DNA of 60,000 nt from Amphiscolops sp. MND2022 (Eukaryota), in the NCBI GenBank assembly GCA_964187785.1, contig OZ076409.1, positions 31,932,001 through 31,992,000 on the forward strand, read 5' to 3'. This document shows, one piece after another, positions 1-8,131 of the stretch; within the stretch, counting starts at the first letter, position 1; each line of letters begins with the position of its first letter. The translations under genes were made by a program, and so were the position numbers. The notes beneath the pieces are model-generated. The model was not told where the DNA came from and ran no database searches. It saw only the letters and a list, made by a program, of their open reading frames with translations.

Positions 1-261
1 CTACCGCGGCAGCTACCGCGACAGCTTCCACAAATACTCCAATACAAAGCTTTGCACAACTTCATGCAGGGCTCGGTGCAGGGCTTAGTGCACAAGGACT
101 TCGCGTAGCTTCGCAAGGACATCAAGGGCATCGCGTAGCTTCGCAAGGACTTAATTATGAACAACATATTAATATAAAAGATTCTTTCAAATCCATTCCT
201 AAATGCCCTGTGCGTAGCTCCGTGAAAGCTACTGCGAAAGCTACCACGAAAGCTACCGCGA

Positions 262-990
262 ATGGTATCGTGCAAGGCCCCAATCAAGACCCTGATCAAG
301 ACCCCGTTAGCTTCCGCGATAGCTTCCGCGATAGCTCCCACGCAAGACCCCGAGCATTATAGTACATTAATAGTTGGTCCATCATTTTGTGGTAAAACTC
401 ATTTGTTATTAAACAAATTACAATTAATTCAATTGAGTGATGCGGATCGTTGCGCAGAGCGTTGTGCAGAGCGTTGCAGTGAAAAACAAATACATATCTT
501 TACGAGAAGTCCTGAACAATATAAAGATGTGGGGATAAAACTGGATGTTTGGGATTCAGTAGTGGAAGAAGATTTAGGTGATAAAAGTGTTCAAGGTTTT
601 CAAAATTGTTGTGTTGTGTTTGATGACATGTTAGACTCCAATCAGAAATTAATAGATCCATTTTTTACTAGAGAAAGACACAAATCTTGTGATGTTTATT
701 ATTTAAGTCAGAGTTACTTTGAGGTACCCAAAAGAACAATCAGAAACAATTCAAATATAATAATCCTATTTCAACAAACCTTGAAAGATGTTGAACACAT
801 TTATAGAGATATTGCTGGTTTTGATATGTCTTATGATGAATTCAAAAGTTTGTGTAGAGAGGCATGGAAAGAAAAATACAACTACTTAATAATAAATAGG
901 TTAGAAGATAAAAATGGGAGTAAACACCAGGTGTGTAATGAATCTAATCCAAATTACATGATCTTCAATCCACAAACGGATCCATTTTAA
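262..990 (+). CDS. A32/FtsK-HerA-like genome packaging ATPase of Polinton type
   Basis: Walker A GPSFCGKT, Walker B CVVFDD, then R(E)RH..DVYYLSQSYF..PK..IR.NS.IIILF typical of Polinton/NCLDV packaging ATPases; the true start may be upstream (frame 3 is open from 3 to 363), implying a frameshift. Confidence 0.88.
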   Translation: MVSCKAPIKTLIKTPLASAIASAIAPTQDPEHYSTLIVGPSFCGKTHLLLNKLQLIQLSDADRCAERCAERCSEKQIHIFTRSPEQYKDVGIKLDVWDSVVEEDLGDKSVQGFQNCCVVFDDMLDSNQKLIDPFFTRERHKSCDVYYLSQSYFEVPKRTIRNNSNIIILFQQTLKDVEHIYRDIAGFDMSYDEFKSLCREAWKEKYNYLIINRLEDKNGSKHQVCNESNPNYMIFNPQTDPF

Positions 991-1036
991 ACTGAGGTGG
1001 AATCGCGCAAAGCGTGTGTGGGAGGGACTTCTGCAA

Positions 1037-2084
1037 CTACCGCGCGATAGCTACCGCAACTTCGCCTTCGGTAAAATTGCTTAGTATGTTGCTACGTATA
1101 TTTTGGTGTTGAGAAGGTGTTATGCATTCATACTCCAGGAGTTTATCTATAATTGCAATAATTTGTTCATTAATCAGAAAACTAAACTATCATTTCCTCC
1201 AACTTTTTCAAAATAAAGTAGTTTCAATTGATCCACTAATTCCTCTGGATCAGATGGGAGGAAAATGTATTGTTGTGTGGAACTTCGCGCGTAGCTTCGC
1301 GAAGTTTCACCATTCAATCCACTTTCTGTGAAACCCTGTGTATCGTGTGTCTGTAATTGATAGCGAGAGTATAATTCTTTAATAAATTGGTATCTGATTG
1401 ATTTTTTATCTCTATAATTTCGATCATATTTCATATCATTTAGGAAAGTTTAAATTGTGTCCAGGTTATTTATTTGTTTGTCAAATTGTGTATTTGTTAT
1501 AAAATATTGAAGATCTGGGTCACTAAGATCATATGAATTCCCACTCTCAAAAGTCATTGTTGAACCTTTGATTAGTACTTGTTGTGGGTTATGGGGATTA
1601 ATTGTGAATAAATTAGGATTGTCTTGTGCGAAGCTCTGCGTAATTGGTTCTAAACTAAATTGACTTTTGTTTTTGTCATTAAGTAAATTGGAAACTGTTT
1701 TTACAAAACTAGAATCAACCTGGTTGGAATTAACAAGACTTGTAAGAAGTTGGTTGTTATGATTTGTAATTTCATTATATTGTTTTATTCCTTCTTTAAG
1801 AGAATTTTGCATGGCTACGTGAAGAGTATTATTATTGTGTTCTATTGCTCTTGTCTGATTTTCAATTGCTTGTGTAACCCCTTGGGTTTGTTTGTCAATG
1901 GCTTGTAGTTGTTTTTCATTTGATTCCACCTGCTTTGTAGTAACAGGTTCAAAAACTTCTTCAAGGTCGTAGTGGAAGTCTTGCTTCCCTAATTTCTCTT
2001 TTAATCTTTCTTTGCGTAGTAAAGATTTTGTTTCTTGTAATTTTTTAATTTTTCCAAGTCATCTCGAGTGTGAATTGAATACAT
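1037..2084 (-). pseudogene. Conserved Polinton uncharacterised protein, broken by frameshifts and stops (covers track ORFs 1450..1929 and 1174..1434)
   Basis: Starts MYSIHTRDDLEKL at TAATAAATG (ATG at 2084); contains LGKQDFHYDLEEVFEPVT; C-terminal LPSDPEELVDQLKLL..GGND then, after a frameshift, LINEQIIAIIDKLLEY, resembling the Polinton DPNELV.RL.LL...AGN..NEI..I..EL motif. Confidence 0.65.
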
Positions 2085-2110
2085 TTATTAAATTTATTTA
2101 ATGAATGTAA

Positions 2111-2590
2111 CTAGTGGTTTTTCCCCAGATACAGGCCTTTACCCCCTTTACTTGCTTTGCTGCCTGTGTTGCTTGCTTTGCTGCCTGCTTTGCTGCCTTT
2201 ACTCGACAAACCTTCAGCTTTGTATAACCCCTTCCCTTGATGAACAAATTTAATAACGTCGGGGGCAGTTGCAGCAATGAGTTTTGGATTTTTACTTGCT
2301 GCTGCCGTTCCAATATTTGCTGCTATTTCCAATGCACGGCCTGGATTATTGAGTATTTTCTTTCCAACATTTTGAGCAGCTTTGCCCAAATGTTTGAAGA
2401 AGTCGACCAATCCTTCCCCATTTATTGTTCGATCTGATACAATAAGACTTTCATTTCCGCTACATATCATACAGGTGCCCCGTAACATTTTTACATTATT
2501 GTTTCTAGCATCTCCATAAATATTTGTGGTGGGGGAATAATGTTTTCCACCAAAACAAATTGAATTATTTATAAATTTATTATAACTCAT
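2111..2590 (-). CDS. Polinton basic core or membrane-lytic precursor protein with candidate adenain cleavage sites
   Basis: N-terminal Zn-ribbon-like part (MLRGTCMIC), GxG-L motifs (NGEGL, QGKGL, GGKGL), and an amphipathic cationic helix LVDFFKHLGKAAQNVGKKIL. Confidence 0.6.
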   Translation of the reverse strand: MSYNKFINNSICFGGKHYSPTTNIYGDARNNNVKMLRGTCMICSGNESLIVSDRTINGEGLVDFFKHLGKAAQNVGKKILNNPGRALEIAANIGTAAASKNPKLIAATAPDVIKFVHQGKGLYKAEGLSSKGSKAGSKASNTGSKASKGGKGLYLGKNH

Positions 2591-2608
2591 TTATTATTAT
2601 TAAAAGTA

Positions 2609-3841
2609 TTAAATCTTGATAATTTGAATTGTGAAGGTGAGTGCCTCCACGTTGAAATCAACTGAATCATGATTAGAGTCCTCAAGGAAAAATTGAATGG
2701 TATCCAGTCGTGTTTTGTTTATCAACTTGTACAAAACAGTTGTGGGTTCTTTTTTATTTTTATATCCGGGAGGTGCGCTTAAATTGAAAGAAAATAAAAT
2801 TTGTTCTCGTATACCATTAACAATTGAACCATCTACACAATCACACTTCAGGTGAACTTTGTCGGTAGTTGTTATCATAACTGGTTTTTCTGAAGTGTGA
2901 GTTCCGGGTGGGTACACTGTGTGTGTAAAGCCCAAGACTGTGTTAAGTTTGGAGTTAAATTGAATATTGTTTGAGGTTGTTAAAACTGATTTCATTGATA
3001 TTGTGTCAGGCATTATGTTGAATTTAAAATCATATTCGCTCTCATTAATTTTTTGTTTAATAGCATTATTTATATCAACTAGTTCATAAACTCCTGGTGT
3101 TAGTTGTATTCCAAAGAAATCGTTTTCAATAATTTCAAAGGTGGTTAAATTTATTTGATTTATTTGGTTTGCTTCATCTTCGTGATTTTCTTGGGTTGTT
3201 TCCTCCAAAATTATTTCCTCCCACTTTATTTCTTCCCAATTTATTTTTACCTGTTTTAGGCGATCTTTGTCTGCTTCAATTATTCTTTCTCGTTTTAGTT
3301 TTTCTTGGTTTAATTTTTCTTGGTTTATTGTTTTCAGGTTGAGGTGATTGTTGTATATTTCATTGAGTGGTTTGACTATCTTTGTTAAATAATCAAAATC
3401 TATTCTAGTAAGTTTATTCTTTTTAGAATAACTATTGGTTATAAGTTTATTGGCTTTTTCTACAAACTCATTATATTCACTAGGTGTGTAAGGTTTACTA
3501 AAATAAGTAGTGTATAAATCTTCAACAAACAATATTAATCCACTATCAAGATTAAGTTCTTTGAGTTGTCGATCGTTCAGAATAATCTGTAGTTTGTTAT
3601 TCTTTTCATTATTGTTATATACGGTGTTGTATACTTCTAGGCTTGTTACTCCCATCATCCATTTTTCATTTAAAATGAGAGGAACATCAAATGAGAAAGA
3701 TTCTTTTTGTTTTTTCATTTTAAATTCTAGAGTTTCTTGTGGTTTAGAATGAGTATTTTCAACAATTTCTTGATTAGATTTTGCAATACTTAAAAGAAGA
3801 GATTCTTTTTCATCATAAGTTACAAAGCTTGATAGATCCAT
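2609..3841 (-). CDS. Polinton minor capsid (penton-like, single jelly-roll) protein
   Basis: Intact 410-aa ORF with SLEVYN, PGVYEL.DIN, LGF, HLKCDCVDGSIVNG.REQILFSF....PPGYK, VLYK.IN and VDFN.E.LTFTIQI motifs. Confidence 0.75.
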   Translation of the reverse strand: MDLSSFVTYDEKESLLLSIAKSNQEIVENTHSKPQETLEFKMKKQKESFSFDVPLILNEKWMMGVTSLEVYNTVYNNNEKNNKLQIILNDRQLKELNLDSGLILFVEDLYTTYFSKPYTPSEYNEFVEKANKLITNSYSKKNKLTRIDFDYLTKIVKPLNEIYNNHLNLKTINQEKLNQEKLKRERIIEADKDRLKQVKINWEEIKWEEIILEETTQENHEDEANQINQINLTTFEIIENDFFGIQLTPGVYELVDINNAIKQKINESEYDFKFNIMPDTISMKSVLTTSNNIQFNSKLNTVLGFTHTVYPPGTHTSEKPVMITTTDKVHLKCDCVDGSIVNGIREQILFSFNLSAPPGYKNKKEPTTVLYKLINKTRLDTIQFFLEDSNHDSVDFNVEALTFTIQIIKI

Positions 3842-3855
3842 TTATTAGAAAAAAA

Positions 3856-4044
3856 TCATGCTTGAAATTGTTTGAATCCACTAGCGGAAATGTTATTTAT
3901 AAATTCTTGCCTATCTTTTGATAATGTTTTCTTACGCAAGTTTGTTGTATTTTTTCCATGATTTTGATTTTGATTGTGAAGCTGTTCTGTAAAAATTTGT
4001 GGGACAATTTTATATTGAGTTGAATAATTATTAATTTTCTTCTT
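3856..4044 (-). pseudogene. Small basic Polinton ORF (62 aa) with start codon apparently mutated ATG>AAG
   Basis: Open frame KKINNYSTQYKIVPQ...FINNISASGFKQFQA* preceded by TAATAAAAG, one base from the TAATAAATG motif of neighbouring genes; fills the gap between protease and penton genes. Confidence 0.55.
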
Positions 4045-4064
4045 TTATTAAGTTTGAAAGTTTG

Positions 4065-4447
4065 TTAGTATAAATTTAGTACTGCATTTTTGAACCCAAT
4101 TTTATTTGTGAGATACAATGTGTATAAACAATACGCCGCGCAATAACTGTCGTTGGTCTGAATTTGATATTCTGAATAAATACCATTTTTAATATGATTA
4201 AGTATATTAGTTGGGGGTGGGCATCCATATGAATCAAAATAATTTTGATTTGTAAGCATAACCCAATGTGTTCCTTTAGTTGGATGTAAGTTAACTATAC
4301 CACTGGTAGTGTTAAACTTATCCTCTCTCATGTATATTCCACACGGAATATTTAATTCATTAAGTATTTCTTTTATTTTACATTAGAAGTTGCTTCGTTT
4401 TTTAATCCATATTTTTCAACAAAGTCTTTGAATGAGAGATAATTCAT
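4065..4447 (-). pseudogene. Adenain-like (C5/Ulp1-fold) cysteine protease, one frameshift near 4375
   Basis: MNYLSFKDFVEKYGLKNEATSNV / frameshift / IVNLHPTKGTHWV...YFDSYGCPPP...QIQTNDSYCAAYC: catalytic His, Asp, Gln and Cys motifs. Confidence 0.85.
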
Positions 4448-4549
4448 TTATTAGTTATATTTCATTGTTGTGTATTAATGTTGTGCGAAATTTTGAAAAT
4501 TTTTTTGAAAATTTTTTTTGAATTTTTTTTTTGAAAAAAAACTTCGAAA

Positions 4550-4943
4550 ACGTCGCCGAGTGCCGAAAAATGAAAAAGGGGGACCCTTTGGGATTCATTA
4601 ACAAACTTTCTGTTGCAAAATATCAAAAAACCCGAAGGGGGGACTCTTTTGAGACATTAAAAATTTTCGAAAAAAAATTCGCAAAGTGCTGAAAAAAAAT
4701 TGAAAGGGGGGACCCATTGGAGTCTTCCGGTTTTGTAGGTTACGTAAAAAAGGTAAAAAGCGAAAGGGGGACCCTTTGCAGTAAGTTTGCATTGGTCGAA
4801 CTTGGCCTGAGTGAACTTATCAGTTTCTGTAAATAGTGGTACATACGCGATGAGCTCTGTGGTCTGACGAAAAAAAAGAAAAAAAACTAGCCACTGTAAT
4901 AGTCGGGCTTTTTTCCTTAAAAGAAAATGCGCCGACTAAAAAA
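4550..4943. repeat. Terminal module: four AAGGGGGAC(C/T)C repeats followed by an imperfect hairpin and A-run
   Basis: Repeats near 4577, 4636, 4704 and 4764; stem TAGTCGG (4900-4906) / CCGACTA (4932-4938); a related hairpin occurs in reverse orientation at 59891-59935. Confidence 0.65.
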
Positions 4944-5312
4944 CACTAATATAAACTAGATGAAATTCTAAGAAACATTTATATCTGATGTTTTTCGAAA
5001 TTCTCAACTGATTTCGAGCAAATCGAGCCTGAAATCGCTACGGGGGACGTTTTCTTAATCACAGTACTGTACACTGGGCGTTTCTGTTTTGTTTCCTTCA
5101 TTTTGAACAAATTGTGCGACCAACAATCGGGCGTTGCTTTTTCTGATTATCAGACACTGCGCAATACTATAACGGCCTTTTTTTAAAATTTAAACTAGTT
5201 TCTTCTAAATCAGTCACTGCGCGATATTACACGGGGAATCGCTATTCCATTCTAAAACTGTCACCACCCTGATTGTAGTTCACTGCAGTTCAAAAAAATC
5301 TTTCAGGCGTAC

Positions 5313-5585
5313 TGTACTGACCTACATTAATAACCAATAGTATTTAGATGTTTATAGAATGTTCTAGAATGTACATTTATTTAATATTGAATGACTGTAA
5401 AACTCTACTCCTTCAGAGAGAGAAAACTAATATTCAGTATTTAGTCGACTTCCTTTCTTCCTTCTTTCAGACCTCCAAGCTTTATTAGAGTCAGCTAGCT
5501 AGCATCAATCTAAGTAGTCTTGTCTTAATATTTAGACCTGTACCATCTAGATACAAGACCACTAACTAAAATATACAACTCTTTA
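5313..5585 (+). repeat. LTR copy in inverted orientation relative to element C, lacking the last ~10 bp
   Basis: TGTACTGACCTACATTAATAACCAATAG... is the reverse complement of the LTR ending at 17146; homology ends at ACTCTTTA; scattered substitutions and one indel block. Confidence 0.9.
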
Positions 5586-5589
5586 TATG

Positions 5590-6122
5590 ATGATAAATGA
5601 TGATAATCACTATCATCAAAAAATGAGAAGGAACTTTGTATATTATAATTGTTTAGTTCTTTACTATCGGTCGCGTTTAAATATCTTATCATATTTTTTC
5701 ATTCAACAGGGTCAAGTATTTTTGGAAGTTCTAATGTATTTTGTCCCCAGTCTAAGCGATCATATCGTCTACTAGATGTGAATGTTTGTGAACACCAAAC
5801 CTTTTTCGTTTTTATATATGCTTCACATTTGAAGGCTTTAATTCTTTTCGCTTTTGCTCTAACATATACTTTTGCTTGAGTTTTTGTGTGTTGTATAACT
5901 GAAGGTGCTAATTTACATGGTTCAACATTTAGTTAGTAGGCTAAACTGTCGTAGGTTGTTTTGTTTTGCACAATCATAATGGGTTACCATAAGGTTTAGG
6001 ATATTTGGGTCTTGTTCTGAAATACGATTTTCTGGGTTTGTCGTATCAGTTTTAGGAGTTGATGTAGAGTTATTTATGTATATCATATATGTAATATATG
6101 TATAGAAAAGTATATTTTTCAT
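5590..6122 (-). pseudogene. Truncated env-like glycoprotein (N-terminal ~175 aa)
   Basis: Hydrophobic N-terminus MKNILFYTYITYMIYI, then VTHYDCAKQNNLRQFSLL / frameshift / NVEPC...VRAKAKRIKAFKCEAYIKTKKVWCSQT; lies 3' of integrase; N-glycosylation sequons NST and NAT. Confidence 0.6.
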
Positions 6123-6139
6123 GGTTAAAATATAGATCT

Positions 6140-7590
6140 ATAATTAAGTCCTGAGTAGAGATTGAAGAAGTTTTTATGACCTTTTCTACTTTCTGGTAAT
6201 TCTGCGTCACAAAGATAAGATATTGATGTGACTAAAAATGGTCAGGGAAATGTTTTATGTGCTACTCTTGTTGAAAGAGGAAATGGATGAGGGTTTAAGG
6301 AATTGAATGTAACTTCAACTTCGAATTTTAGTATTAATTGATCTTCTCGTAATCTTTGTAGTTCTCTCTGTTTTCTTGGGTTTGAAAGGGAACTATTATT
6401 TATAAATCTGGCTGGAAGTACGGTGTATCGTGGATCTTCGTTAAGACTACGAATAATCTTAGAGTTAACACGGATAGGGTATTCGTGTTGATTTGGTGTA
6501 GGAGGTCTCGAAAAATCTTCTAGAAAATATTCGGGTAAATGTATTGATGAATCAGATCGTACTGAACTAGGTGAATAAACTCTTGAAAAGTTTGCGGCGT
6601 TATCTGATATAGTTTGAGGATCTTCTGATAAAAGAGATGCTGATTCAAATCCTGATGTGACTTGAAATGGTAACGATAGAGAAGATGGTATTTTAGGGTT
6701 AGATGAGAAAAGAGAAGAAGTTTCTGATCTGGGTTGTGCGTGTAGTCTAGATAGTCTTGAGTTTGTACTGGAACTAGTTAAAGATTGTAATTCCTGAGAA
6801 TTTTTTCGTCCCTGGGATCTGAGATTATAACTATGTCGTGGTACTCTGGTACTAGCAGTCGAATCAGAGTCTTTATCTTTGTAATATAGGTCTGTTAAAG
6901 AAGAAGTTGTGGTTGATTTGAGGCCTTCTAGTTTTGGATATAATTGAGAAATTGTGAACGTACTTAGTTCAGATGGTGACTTTGCTGTATTTTCTGGTAT
7001 AGTTTTTATTGGGGTTTGACTTGTTGATGGTAAATTAGAGTTCTTTGGTAGTGTTGGTATAGAAGTTTTTCAAGGTGTTTTTTTTGCAGTTGGTATTCTA
7101 TGTGAACAAGAGCTAATATATTGGAGAACTGAGCTAGGATCAGGGATATGAATAGTACGAGTAGTAGGAATCGGTGGAATAGGGGGTCTATTTAGGGTAC
7201 TTGAAGTATCTTGTACAGTAGTTTGGGCTGTGGGTGATTCATCGCAAGAGTCATTTGTTGGTGAATTTGTTTCTAGAAATGGTAAGTTTTGTGGAGTGTA
7301 TTGTGGTTGAGTTGTTATTACTGATGTTTGAGTTTGAAGTGTTGGTGTATTATTGGGCGTCTGAGTTTGAAGTGTGGGTGTATTATTGGGCGTCTCTGTT
7401 GCTCTATAAGGAGAATATGGAGCAGATGGGCTATGGTTTGAGGATGAGGAATCCAGTATGTCTGTATCTGAATTTAGGTATGCGGTATAATCAGGTAGTG
7501 TTTGCAATGAATGGTTTGAGCTGGAGGATGAAATATTTCCGGCTGATGAAGATGAGAGTCTATGTCTATCAATTTTGACCTGTTTCAATT
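6140..7590 (-). pseudogene. Ser/Thr/Pro-rich accessory ORF between integrase and env-like gene, frameshifted
   Basis: Track ORF 7070..7588 continues in shifted frames (HSYNLRSQ, EYPIRVNSKII, FNSLNPHPFPLS); 33-bp internal duplication encoding TPNNTPTLQTQ twice. Confidence 0.45.
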
Positions 7591-8131
7591 AAAGCTTCAA
7601 TTTTTGTTTCAATTACAATTTCGTATCCTGTCTCTTTTTCTTCATTCAAGTTACTATCTATTAGTATCTATCCCAAGCTTTCTTTCAGCAGGATTTTTGA
7701 GAAAATGAAATTATTTCTTTTTCACCGAGGAAAAGTCGATAATCCTTCCATAGTTGTGGGCGGAAATTATATCTGTCATGTGTGTGTCTACGAGGGTTAA
7801 TAAAGTTATCGTAATCATGAATATCAGAGTGGTTCTCTGGGTTAGTATTATTAGTTTTTTGTTTATTTTGTTGGTACGGAAATGAGGAGTATTGGTTAAA
7901 TGGTTCTGTTTGGAAGTCAATTGTGGATGGTTTATCAGTTTCTTTATTGGAATTTGTGGATGTGTGATTGTCGTCTTCAACTGATTGTTCTTCATCAGAC
8001 TCAATAGACTTTATTGGGTTATTTATATTAGAGTCGTGATTATCATTATCATCATTGTTTATTTGTGAAGTATATTGTTGTATAAAAGGAAAAATGATTG
8101 GTTCCTTTGGATAATAAGGGACTAAATATTT

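Larger units (their letters stand above)
1..4943. mobile_element. Endogenous Polinton/Maverick (adintovirus-like) element, partial; continues left of the window
   Basis: Compact intronless cluster of A32-like packaging ATPase, penton-like protein, adenain protease and core-like proteins; several genes frameshifted; no pPolB, integrase or major capsid gene within the window. Confidence 0.85.

Noticed and set aside
2098..2313. Alternative-frame ORF with KAAKQAAKQ repeats
   Set aside because: Overlaps the better-supported 2111..2590 gene; the repeats come from 12-bp micro-duplications
1..4450. Poxvirus or other NCLDV insertion, suggested by TAAATG and the A32-like ATPase
   Set aside because: Penton, short adenain and core genes fit Polinton/adintovirus; no NCLDV-specific genes seen
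4944..5312. Short repeats CACTGCGC.ATA.TA between the Polinton block and the LTR
   Set aside because: Only two copies and no definable ends; cannot be assigned
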